A program made the position numbers and the translations under genes. The notes under the pieces are model-generated. The model saw nothing but the letters and a program-made list of their open reading frames with translations. It was not told the origin of the DNA and ran no database searches. 64,000 nucleotides of DNA, taken from positions 1,216,001 to 1,280,000 of the forward strand of contig CP170459.1 of the NCBI GenBank assembly GCA_047947115.1, given 5' to 3'. The stretch's first letter is position 1. The number at the start of each line of letters is the position of its first letter. The DNA is from Verrucomicrobiota bacterium. GTDB taxonomy: Bacteria > Verrucomicrobiota > Verrucomicrobiia > Limisphaerales > AAA164-E04. This document shows, piece after piece, positions 49,218 to 58,238 of the stretch.

Positions 49218-50486
49218 GTGCGGATGGATTGGATAACACCCACAGGATTTGCCTGGTTTGTTGGCGGACTGGTTGCCTTGCGCGGATTTGCGGAATGGAT
49301 GCTGGATCGTTTGAACCTTGCCCATCTTCAAAAACACCGCGGCCACAGGCCCGCCGGTTGGGAGTCTATCATGAGCGAATCGGAATATGCCCGCGCTTTG
49401 GATTATACCGAGGTGAAAAATCGTTTTGGTCAATGGAATGGTTGGTATGGTGTGTGGATGTTGCTGATCCTTCTTTTCAGTGGTTTACTCCCCGCTTTGG
49501 AAGGGCAATGGAAGGTTTTGTTGGGAAGTTCGCTGTGGATGCAGTCGGGTTTCTTGCTTTTTGCCCTGATGCTTTATTCCTGGTTGGATCTTCCCTGGAA
49601 TTATTATTCACAGTTTCACATTGAAGAACGGTTTGGTTTCAACAAATCCAATGTGGGACTCTGGCTGGTCGATCAAGTGAAAATGGTGTTCCTGGCCGTA
49701 GCAATCGGTTGGCCATTGTTGACCTTGCTGCTCTGGATCGTCGGGAAAACCGGCGCTCAATGGTGGGTTTGGGCCTGGGGTGTGATGCTGGTGTTCCAGC
49801 TGATCATGATGATTCTGGCTCCCATGCTCATCCTTCCCTTGTTCAATAAACTTTCGCCCCTTGCAGATGGAACTTTGAAGGATCGGCTTTATCAGCTGGC
49901 CGACCGAACAGGTTTTGGCATGCAGTCAATTCAGGTGATGGACGGAAGCCGCCGGTCCGGGCATTCCAATGCCTTTTTTACCGGGTTTGGATCTTTTCGA
50001 CGGATTGTTCTTTTTGACACACTCATGGATCAGCTTGAGCATTCGGAGATTGAGGGGGTACTGGCGCATGAGATCGGGCATTATCAGAAGAAGCATGTTT
50101 TGCTGATGATGACAGTAGGTTTGGCAGGGATGTTGGTTCAGCTGTGGATATTGGCATGGTTGGCGGGGCAGAGCTGGTTTTTCCAGGCCTTTGGATTCTC
50201 AGAACCTTCCATGTCGATCGCTTTTTTGTTGTTTGTGATGATTTTCGGAACCATGACCTTTTGGATCAGTCCCCTGGGGCATCTGCTATCCAGGCGATTT
50301 GAGTATGAAGCCGATGCTTATGCGGTGGAGGCTACCGGTGATCCTGCCGCCTTCGTCAGCGCTCTGCGAAAGATCAATCAGGAGAATTTAAGCAATCCGG
50401 TGCCTCACCCCCTTTACAGTTTTGTTTATTATTCGCACCCCACCCTGACTGAGCGTGAGGGCGCTTTGTCACAGGTGAAGCCTTAA
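49218..50486 (+). CDS. M48 (Ste24/CaaX-type) zinc metalloprotease
   Basis: IEERFGFNK, DGSRRSGHSNAFFTG, LAHEIGH, EYEAD, YSHP. Confidence 0.93.
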   Translation: MRMDWITPTGFAWFVGGLVALRGFAEWMLDRLNLAHLQKHRGHRPAGWESIMSESEYARALDYTEVKNRFGQWNGWYGVWMLLILLFSGLLPALEGQWKVLLGSSLWMQSGFLLFALMLYSWLDLPWNYYSQFHIEERFGFNKSNVGLWLVDQVKMVFLAVAIGWPLLTLLLWIVGKTGAQWWVWAWGVMLVFQLIMMILAPMLILPLFNKLSPLADGTLKDRLYQLADRTGFGMQSIQVMDGSRRSGHSNAFFTGFGSFRRIVLFDTLMDQLEHSEIEGVLAHEIGHYQKKHVLLMMTVGLAGMLVQLWILAWLAGQSWFFQAFGFSEPSMSIAFLLFVMIFGTMTFWISPLGHLLSRRFEYEADAYAVEATGDPAAFVSALRKINQENLSNPVPHPLYSFVYYSHPTLTEREGALSQVKP

Positions 50487-50489
50487 TAG

Positions 50490-50525
50490 TCAAAAGGCTC
50501 CAGGCAATTGCCCGAAGCCTTTTGA
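50490..50525. terminator. Bidirectional terminator-like hairpin between convergent genes
   Basis: TCAAAAGGCT..AGCCTTTTGA inverted repeat. Confidence 0.6.
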
Positions 50526-50547
50526 ATCATAAGTTGTTTTGACGGGT

Positions 50548-51642
50548 TTAACGACGCGGTGAATGATGGTTGCGTCTGTTTTTCTGTTGTTTTTGTTTGG
50601 CCTTGTCTTTGGAACCTTTTTTCGCCCCTTTTCCATGACGCAGGTTCTTCTTGTTTGATTTTCCATGATCCTGCCCGCGACCACGTTCCTTCAATCCGTG
50701 TTTCCTCGATCCTTTGCCCTCTCGTGATTTGAGGTTTTTACCTTTGTGATCATCTCGTTTGTTGTGTGAACGCATCCCGTCTGTATCCCTGCCCCGCTTG
50801 GAAGGGCCCCGATGCAGAGAGCGCCGGTCCTGGCCCGGACGTCCTCGTTCCGCCTGCAAGGCGCGGAATCTTTGTGAGTGCTGCATGGGGCGCATCATGG
50901 CGCCGCGCTGCATCGGACCGAAATGACGTGCCTGCATGGAGCGGAATGCTTGTCCACGTGAGAATTGCGGCCCGCGCGGACCTCTGTGATCCATGGATGG
51001 GCGGAATGCTGAACCCGGACGGTTCCGGCGCATTTGGAAAGGACCGTTTCCGCGTGAACTTTGTCCACGGCTTTGCATCCAGGGGGGGCCGTTTCGTTGA
51101 GGTCCTCTTTGTTGAGCACTTGGTGCCGGGCCTCGTCGGTCAGACTGACGATCATTTCCCATGTTACCCGGCCGATGCGCATCTCTTCGGGAGAGCTGGC
51201 TGTCAGGGCGAGCATCCCGGTTGGGAGTGTTGCTTGGTCGCATGCCCTGACCACCTCGGCGTCCCTCTGCCCGGGCGGGCGCTGCGTCACGCTGAGGGCG
51301 TTCGCGGTTTTCGGTGGGACGATCGGCACGTTGGTTGGGTGCATTTTGAGGTCGTTCATGGTCTGAGGGGGCATGGCGTGGTCCTATCCCCTGATCTCCC
51401 CGGTGTCCTTCGGCACGTGCCGGAGCGGCGTCACGCCGGGGGCGCTCGCGTTCACGATCCGGTCTTCGGGCTTGAGGTGTGTCCTGGACACGCTCGGTGT
51501 GTCGGTCCTGAATATGGTCGTCCCGGCGCGCTTCCCGCTCCTCGGATTGTGCCGCCAGGTTGTTCATGCTTCCGGTCATCAAGGCCAGAAAGAGTCCTGC
51601 CAGGCCTAAACCTTTGGTAATGGTGGTATTCTTTTTCATCAT
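50548..51642 (-). CDS. Secreted low-complexity Arg/Gly/Pro-rich protein
   Basis: Signal peptide MMKKNTTITKGLGLAGLFLALM; disordered composition; internal duplication. Confidence 0.65.
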   Translation of the reverse strand: MMKKNTTITKGLGLAGLFLALMTGSMNNLAAQSEEREARRDDHIQDRHTERVQDTPQARRPDRERERPRRDAAPARAEGHRGDQGIGPRHAPSDHERPQNAPNQRADRPTENRERPQRDAAPARAEGRRGGQGMRPSNTPNRDARPDSQLSRRDAHRPGNMGNDRQSDRRGPAPSAQQRGPQRNGPPWMQSRGQSSRGNGPFQMRRNRPGSAFRPSMDHRGPRGPQFSRGQAFRSMQARHFGPMQRGAMMRPMQHSQRFRALQAERGRPGQDRRSLHRGPSKRGRDTDGMRSHNKRDDHKGKNLKSREGKGSRKHGLKERGRGQDHGKSNKKNLRHGKGAKKGSKDKAKQKQQKNRRNHHSPRR

Positions 51643-51922
51643 TTTATTTCCTATACGAACACTTGTTGTTGTGTGAATAGGACAGACGTGTTGGTTTTAG
51701 GGTTGGTTACACGGTCTGAAATTTTTGATCTTCCTCCCGGGTGTGATCCCTGAAGGACATGACCTGACCGGTTTCATCCGGATCAGTTTATAAAGATAAA
51801 CATTGGAATCATCCTCCCGAAGTCGTATTCAATGGGCTTCCTGTCGAGGGATTTTGGTTTTTCCTCGGTTGAATGGAAGCAGTACAGCCTTATCAGGCTG
51901 ATGAGATTTAGTATTTGAGCAT

Positions 51923-53026
51923 ATGTTAAGAGCAGGCATTGTCGGACTCCCGAACGTTGGCAAATCAACCTTGTTCAACGCGATCACCCGAACCCGCAAG
52001 GCGGAATCGGCAAACTATCCATTCTGTACCATTGACCCGAATGTGGGGGTGGTGACGGTGCCGGATGATCGCTTGGAACCACTTCAGAAAATTGCCAAAA
52101 CCAGTGTTGTCATCCCGACGTCCTTCGAATTTGTGGATATTGCCGGATTGGTCAAAGGAGCAGCCCAAGGGGAAGGTCTGGGCAACAAGTTCTTGAGTCA
52201 TATTCGTGAAGTCGATGCCATTATCCAGGTCATCCGTTGTTTTGAGGATGAGGATATCCATCATGTTGCCGGCAGTATTGATCCGGTTCGGGATATTGAA
52301 ACTATTTTGACCGAACTGATCATGGCAGACATGGAGTCGGTCGAGAAGAGCATGAACCGCCGCGCCAAGGAAGCCAAGAAAGGCGACAAAACCGCCAAGG
52401 CAGAATACGCCGTTTTGGAAAAGGTATTGCCGCACCTGAATGACGGAAAACCGGCGCTTACGCTCGAGTTGACTCCCGACGAACAGGAAGTGTTGCATCC
52501 GTTTTTTCTGCTGACTTCCAAGCCCACCATTTTTGCGGCAAACGTCAAGGAAAGCGAATTGGCCGATGCCGAAAACAATCCGCACGTTGCCAAGGTTAAA
52601 CAGTACGCCAAGGAACATCATGCCTGCGAAACGGTAATCATCAGCGCTCAGATTGAGAGTGATCTGGTGGATTTGGATCCGGCCGAGGCTGAGGATTTCC
52701 TCAATGAAATGGGGGTTAAAGAATCCGGTGTGGGTTCCATGATCCGCAGCACGTACCATCTGCTGGGATTACGCACCTTTTTCACAGCCGGCGAAAAGGA
52801 AGTCCGAGCCTGGACCATCCATGAGGGAGACAAGGCTCCGCAGGCAGCCGGTGTGATTCATACCGATTTTGAGAGAGGCTTCATCAAAGCCGAAACCGTG
52901 GCCTACAAGGATCTCCTGGAGTGCGGTTCTATCGCCGTCGCACGCGAAAAAGGTCTTTATCGCATGGAAGGTAAAGAATATGTGGTGCAGGATGGTGATG
53001 TGATGTTGTTCAAATTCAACGTCTGA
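51923..53026 (+). CDS. ychF: Redox-regulated ATPase YchF
   Basis: GIVGLPNVGKSTLFN, NYPFCTIDPN, DIAGLV, GVIHTDFERGFI, EGKEYVVQDGD. Confidence 0.97.
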   Translation: MLRAGIVGLPNVGKSTLFNAITRTRKAESANYPFCTIDPNVGVVTVPDDRLEPLQKIAKTSVVIPTSFEFVDIAGLVKGAAQGEGLGNKFLSHIREVDAIIQVIRCFEDEDIHHVAGSIDPVRDIETILTELIMADMESVEKSMNRRAKEAKKGDKTAKAEYAVLEKVLPHLNDGKPALTLELTPDEQEVLHPFFLLTSKPTIFAANVKESELADAENNPHVAKVKQYAKEHHACETVIISAQIESDLVDLDPAEAEDFLNEMGVKESGVGSMIRSTYHLLGLRTFFTAGEKEVRAWTIHEGDKAPQAAGVIHTDFERGFIKAETVAYKDLLECGSIAVAREKGLYRMEGKEYVVQDGDVMLFKFNV

Positions 53027-53097
53027 GCCTCATTCCATGGTTGAAATGTAGGTGCGTGCGTAGGTGGCTGCAATTCCCGTAGAAGGGGAGTGGCGGC

Positions 53098-53514
53098 TTA
53101 CCCTGCCATGGCGCTTGTCTTTTTCCCGGCCTGGATGGTGCAGCGGCGTTTTTCGAGTTCGACCATCTGGATGGGGGACATACCATAGAATGTCTTCACT
53201 TCGGAAATAAAATGGCTGTAACGCTTGAATCCTAGGTAAACTGAGATGTGTTTTAACGGGAATCCTTCGCGTATCAGGTAGCGAGCACGGACCATACGCT
53301 GTTGTCTCAGCCAGTACTTGGGACTGACTCCCAGTGAATCATAAAACATACGTTCCATGTGGCGTGGAGTGAGCCCCAACACCTTGGACAACTGGCTCAC
53401 TTTGTATTCGCTTTGGAATGCCAGTTCAATCAGGTTCACCGACTGTTGAACCCGCTTGGGTGAATCGAACATGACTCTTCCATTTCTGATAACAATCATA
53501 ACGCTGATTTCCAA
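53098..53514 (-). CDS. Stand-alone AraC-family HTH regulator
   Basis: LSKVLGLTPRHMERMF..GVSPKYWL..RARYLI..LGFKRYSHF..FYGMSP; no N-terminal ligand domain; start uncertain. Confidence 0.85.
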   Translation of the reverse strand: MEISVMIVIRNGRVMFDSPKRVQQSVNLIELAFQSEYKVSQLSKVLGLTPRHMERMFYDSLGVSPKYWLRQQRMVRARYLIREGFPLKHISVYLGFKRYSHFISEVKTFYGMSPIQMVELEKRRCTIQAGKKTSAMAG

Positions 53515-53564
53515 TAAGTTATACCATCATGGACCAGAAGCTGAGGCTGACAATAAAAAACAGT

Positions 53565-53583
53565 ACCAAAAATGCGACATTTT
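53565..53583. promoter_or_regulatory. Operator-like motif upstream of the AraC gene
   Basis: ACCAAAAATGCGACATTTT, matching the motif starting at 4608. Confidence 0.4.
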
Positions 53584-53716
53584 GTTCACTTAAAAAGTGT
53601 GGTCTCCTAATGAGATCCATTTCTCTTAGTATTCTCTCTTTTTTTTCTTGGAAAAATCGTATATAACAGACAAGTAATAGGTAAGTCTTGAATGGCTTGT
53701 CTAAAAGGAAGTTCAA

Positions 53717-53993
53717 CTCTCCTGTTCAAGGGAGAGGCCGAGAACATAATTCTGTTGCTGGGCAACTACTTCATCATGATTGTGTTCTACATAAGAATCG
53801 TCTTCTGGGTTGTTACGACCTGTGGATTTTGGTCCGGGAATGCAGATGACGATTCGGTTTGATGTCCGTCTCCTCTTTGACCTTGGGCTGGATTTGCAAA
53901 CTGTTACAATCCTACTATTCGTTTTTTATGCCACTTCCCAGAAAGAAGGGTTCGGTGTGAGGTTACTTGATTCTGCAAAGTAGCTTGTAACAG
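53717..53993 (+). ncRNA. Candidate structured leader/sRNA upstream of the phcB-like gene
   Basis: Four consecutive stems, three closing multibranch or inner hairpins (see findings); no family recognised. Confidence 0.35.
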
Positions 53994-54016
53994 GGATGAT
54001 TGCTCAATGAAAGATC

Positions 54017-55444
54017 ATGGAAGCAGCACAGAAAATAATTTCCGACGATGACAGTCTGGTCTTGTGTGTCAACAGCCAGGGGCACGAACTCCGTGCCACA
54101 CCGGTTCGGCTAACCCGACATCTCGTTGTTTTTGAAGTATATAATCCCTATAGTATATTACAGCTTTCTGAGGTACTGCAGGAATTCCAGATATATATCA
54201 ATCAACGCATGGTGTATTCCGGTCGCGCAGTGGTCAGCAATCTGGTCAATACCGGAATTTTTCTCGTATGCGAAGCATCAATGGACGAAGGATGGCTGGA
54301 TGTGGACCTTACCCGTCCGATCAAAGCAGCCAATGTGCTGCGTTCTGAGTTCGATCAGTTCATCGAGGAGTACAAGAAGCATGATCTGGTATTGCCTGAT
54401 TTCAAACTCGTTGTTGCGGACCTGCAGGGATTCCTTGTTGAACTGAGGCGTTGGCTTGAAAAGCTGGAGTTTGTCATCCGGTCCAATCCGAGTGGCGACC
54501 GTTACCACCAGGAAGTTGAGATTATCAATGATGTTCTCAACCCGGCCCTACCCATGCTGGCGGAGTATTTTGAACGGTTCGAGAAGGCTGCCCTGAGTGT
54601 GGACGGAAATCTGCAACCCGTTCATCGTTTTTATGTCCGAAGGCAGCTGCATCCCATCGTCCTGTGCGCCCCCTTCAGTTGGCGCACCTATACCAAGCCT
54701 CTTGGATATGCAGGCGATTACGAGATGGTGAACATGATGACCCGTCCTCCTTATGAGGGGAGTTCCTTGTTTGCAAAGATCCTGAACACGTTCTTTCTGA
54801 ATTCGGCTCCTGTGGTGGCGCATCAGAATCGCATCCATTACCTCAAGGAAAACCTCAAGAACGAGATCAAACGGGTTACTGAACAATACGGCAGAAAAGC
54901 CCGTATTTTCAATCTTGGATGCGGTCCCGCCAGGGAGCTGCAGGAATTGCTGGAAGATGATATTGCGGATCAGGCAGAGATCTTGTTGCTGGATTTCAAT
55001 GAGGAAACATTGAGGAACATTCAGCAGGTGTTTGGTGAGTTGGTCAACAAACACTGCAGGACGACGCAAATCACCACGCTGCTGAAAAGTGTGCACCAAG
55101 TGCTTAAAGAAGCTCACAAAGAAACCGATGAGTTCACTAAGAATCACTATGACGTCGTGTATTGTGCCGGTCTTTTTGACTATCTATCGGATCGTATCTG
55201 TAAGAGATTGACCGCCATCTTCTACGATTTGCTTGCGCCGGAAGGACTGATGATCACCACCAACGTGCATGCCAGTAATCCATCGCGCAAATGCATGGAG
55301 TTCATTTTGGATTGGCATCTGGTTTACCGTAACGACGAAACCTTCAGCAGCCTGAATCCGGATCAACTCCCTGATGGAGTCTCTTCTTTGGATCATGATT
55401 CGACAGGTGTGAACGTCTTCAATGTGGTCCGTAAACCAAAATGA
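54017..55444 (+). CDS. PhcB-like class I SAM-dependent methyltransferase (putative fatty-acid methyl ester signal synthase)
   Basis: YSGRAVVSNLVNTG, RTYTKPLGYAGDYEMVNMM, FNLGCGPARE, YDVVYCAGLFDYLSD; synteny with sensor and receiver genes as in Ralstonia phcBSR. Confidence 0.75.
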   Translation: MEAAQKIISDDDSLVLCVNSQGHELRATPVRLTRHLVVFEVYNPYSILQLSEVLQEFQIYINQRMVYSGRAVVSNLVNTGIFLVCEASMDEGWLDVDLTRPIKAANVLRSEFDQFIEEYKKHDLVLPDFKLVVADLQGFLVELRRWLEKLEFVIRSNPSGDRYHQEVEIINDVLNPALPMLAEYFERFEKAALSVDGNLQPVHRFYVRRQLHPIVLCAPFSWRTYTKPLGYAGDYEMVNMMTRPPYEGSSLFAKILNTFFLNSAPVVAHQNRIHYLKENLKNEIKRVTEQYGRKARIFNLGCGPARELQELLEDDIADQAEILLLDFNEETLRNIQQVFGELVNKHCRTTQITTLLKSVHQVLKEAHKETDEFTKNHYDVVYCAGLFDYLSDRICKRLTAIFYDLLAPEGLMITTNVHASNPSRKCMEFILDWHLVYRNDETFSSLNPDQLPDGVSSLDHDSTGVNVFNVVRKPK

Positions 55445-58218
55445 GACTTTCCCAACAAGTCCAACTGACCCCTGAGATGCATCGTGCCCAGATGGAGTAC
55501 GAAATGCCTCTGGTGGTTCAGAATTATCGGATTGCCTGTCTGTTCGGTATCATATTCATGCCTTTCGGAGGTGTGTTGGACTATCTGGTATATCCCAGGT
55601 ATCTCGAATACTTTTTATGGTTGAGGCTGGAATGTTCCGTTTTGCTGTGCATGATCTGGTGGTTGTTGGGCCAACCCTTTGGCAGAAAATTTTATCGCCC
55701 TCTCGGTCTCATTGAGGTCATTCTCCCCATCTTTTTTCTGTCATGGATGATTTTTGAAACCGAAGGCATGCATTCGGATTACTATGCCGGCATCAACCTT
55801 GTTTTGGTTGGTGTGGGGTTCCTGATGCGCTGGGGACTTGCCGACACCACTCGCATGGTGTTCATCAGCATTCTTCTTTATCTGGGGGCATGTCTTGCCC
55901 GGACCAACTCCATCTCCAGCCTTGGCGAGGCCAAGGATTTATTGTATTCACTCTATTTCATCGTCCTCACCGGGATCATCAGTATGACCGGCAATTTTCT
56001 CTACAATTTGAATCGCACACGCGAATTTGCCCTGCGCTTTGAATTGGATGAAAACCGGCGTCAGCTCGAAAAGAACAACCGAAAACTTCAGGAGCTGGAC
56101 CGGGTCAAGAATCGTTTCTTTGCCAATATCAGTCATGAGTTGCGCACCCCGTTGACGTTGTTGTTGACGCCCCTTGAGTCACTGATCGCCAAAGGGCAGA
56201 ACGCCTTTGCTCCAGACGTGCGTGAAACGCTGCATGCCATGCAGGCCAACGGTATGCGCCTGTTGAAATTGATCAACGATCTGCTGGACCTGGTGCGTCT
56301 GGAATCGGGCAAGTTGAAAATCACCGCCCAGGAAGTGAAGGTCGAGTCCTTCGTCAAGGGAATCATCGCTTCGGTGCGGAAAGCCGCCGAAGATCGCGGG
56401 ATCAAGGTTCAGGCGGATATTTATGATACCGAACTGGTGCTGCAAACCGATGGCGACAAGCTGGAAAAGGTTCTGTTGAACCTCATTTTCAATGCGGTGA
56501 AGTTTACCAGTCCGGGTGGTGTGGTTCGCGTGTCTGCTTATGCAGAGGAGGGGCAAGTAATCATCGAAGTAGCCGATACCGGGATCGGTATTCCGCAAGA
56601 AAGTCTGGCTTTTATTTTTGATCGATTCTGGCAAGTGGACAATTCAAGCAAGCGGAAACATCAAGGCGCGGGAATTGGTCTGGCATTGGTCAAAGAGTTT
56701 GTGGAACTCCTCAAAGGAACCGTGGATGTCAGAAGCGAGGAAGGAAAAGGCACCGAGTTTATTATGCGTTTTCCCACACGCCTGCAACAAGTGTCCGAAT
56801 CGGAAAAATTGTCCCAAGAAGCGGACGATTCAGAAGTCAGCGCTGCCCCCACGACAGGAGAAAAGGGTTCTCTACCTCTCCCTGTTGTCTCCACAGCTTC
56901 GGGCGACCAGGAGGAGGGTTCGGATGAAGACGACAACAAAGAGTGGTTGTCAAAACTATATCGCCGTGCGGAACTCTTCCCTGTTTCTTCATTGGAACCG
57001 ACCCGGGTTGGAAATGAGCTTCCGGTACGAGGGAAATCCCGCCCATTGTTGCTGGTGGCGGATGATGAACCCGATATGGTTCGATTCCTTCGCAGCCAAC
57101 TCGAGACACATTACGAAATCATGGAGGCACAGGATGGACAGGAAGCGATCGACAAGGCGCGGCAATTCCTTCCTGACATTATCCTGACCGACATGATGAT
57201 GCCGGAAAAGGACGGACTCCAGGTGTGTCAGGAATTGCGCCGAAACACTTCCACCGAGAACATTCCCATCATCCTGCTCACAGCACGCGTGGATGAAGAT
57301 ATCAAACTGTCGGCGCTGCAGTCGGGAGCAAGCGATTTTCTTACCAAACCTTTTTCACTGGCTGAAATCCATGTGCGCCTGAAAAATCTTTCCGACTCCT
57401 ATCTCTTTCAACGTTCGCTGGCTCGCCAGAAGAAAAAACTGGAAGTTACCCTGGAGGAACTGAAGGAAACTGAAACCCAACTGGTGCAATCCGAAAAGAT
57501 GGCCTCTCTGGGCAAGATGAGTGCCGGCATTCTCCACGAAATTAACAATCCCCTGAACTTTGCCAAAACAGGTTCCTACACCCTCCGGGAATTTGCCCAT
57601 CAACTCCCGGAACAGGATCGAGAGGATTTTCGCGATATCCTCAAGGATGTGGAAGAGGGCATTACGCGAGTATCTGAAATCGTGAAGGATTTGCGAGGTT
57701 TCAGCCATCCCGACAACGAGCAAAAAACGGGTGTTTCCGTGGAACTCGTGATCATGAAATCAATTCGCTTGTTGAGCAACGAAGTCAAGCACTTCGAAGT
57801 AAACGAGGATGTGCCGGAAGGCCTTGAAGTATACGGCAACGAGAATCAACTCGTGCAAGTGCTGGTAAATTTATTGCAAAATGCTTCCGATTCCTTAAAC
57901 TCCAAGGAATTCGCCGATGACACCGACGGTCCGACCATCCGGATCAAAGGATTCAAGGCGGACGGTCGCGTGCATCTCCTGGTGCGGGACAATGGTCAGG
58001 GTATTGATGATGCTCACCTCACTCGGATCTTCGATCCATTCTATACGACCAAAGATGTCGGGGAAGGAATGGGATTGGGGCTGAGTATTTGCTACAAAAT
58101 TATGGAAAATCACCAGGGCACGATCAAAGTAAAAACCGAACACCTCGCTTTTACTGAGTTTGATTTGATCTTTCCCGATCCGGATTCACTGGTGAACGAC
58201 AAAGATTCGACAGAATGA
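55441..58218 (+). CDS. Membrane hybrid sensor kinase (TM-HisKA/HATPase-REC-HisKA/HATPase), PhcS-like
   Basis: About 6 TM helices; H-box FFANISHELRTPL; receiver LVADDE..LTDMMMP..KPF; second H-box EKMASLG..LHEINNPL; ATGA overlap with upstream gene. Confidence 0.9.
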   Translation: MRLSQQVQLTPEMHRAQMEYEMPLVVQNYRIACLFGIIFMPFGGVLDYLVYPRYLEYFLWLRLECSVLLCMIWWLLGQPFGRKFYRPLGLIEVILPIFFLSWMIFETEGMHSDYYAGINLVLVGVGFLMRWGLADTTRMVFISILLYLGACLARTNSISSLGEAKDLLYSLYFIVLTGIISMTGNFLYNLNRTREFALRFELDENRRQLEKNNRKLQELDRVKNRFFANISHELRTPLTLLLTPLESLIAKGQNAFAPDVRETLHAMQANGMRLLKLINDLLDLVRLESGKLKITAQEVKVESFVKGIIASVRKAAEDRGIKVQADIYDTELVLQTDGDKLEKVLLNLIFNAVKFTSPGGVVRVSAYAEEGQVIIEVADTGIGIPQESLAFIFDRFWQVDNSSKRKHQGAGIGLALVKEFVELLKGTVDVRSEEGKGTEFIMRFPTRLQQVSESEKLSQEADDSEVSAAPTTGEKGSLPLPVVSTASGDQEEGSDEDDNKEWLSKLYRRAELFPVSSLEPTRVGNELPVRGKSRPLLLVADDEPDMVRFLRSQLETHYEIMEAQDGQEAIDKARQFLPDIILTDMMMPEKDGLQVCQELRRNTSTENIPIILLTARVDEDIKLSALQSGASDFLTKPFSLAEIHVRLKNLSDSYLFQRSLARQKKKLEVTLEELKETETQLVQSEKMASLGKMSAGILHEINNPLNFAKTGSYTLREFAHQLPEQDREDFRDILKDVEEGITRVSEIVKDLRGFSHPDNEQKTGVSVELVIMKSIRLLSNEVKHFEVNEDVPEGLEVYGNENQLVQVLVNLLQNASDSLNSKEFADDTDGPTIRIKGFKADGRVHLLVRDNGQGIDDAHLTRIFDPFYTTKDVGEGMGLGLSICYKIMENHQGTIKVKTEHLAFTEFDLIFPDPDSLVNDKDSTE

Positions 58219-58238
58219 GACTTTAACAATCGGCAAAA

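Noticed and set aside
50766..51620. 284-aa plus-strand ORF
   Set aside because: Antisense to the signal-peptide-bearing gene, whose repeat is conserved at protein level on the minus strand
51965..52759. 264-aa minus-strand ORF
   Set aside because: Shadow of ychF
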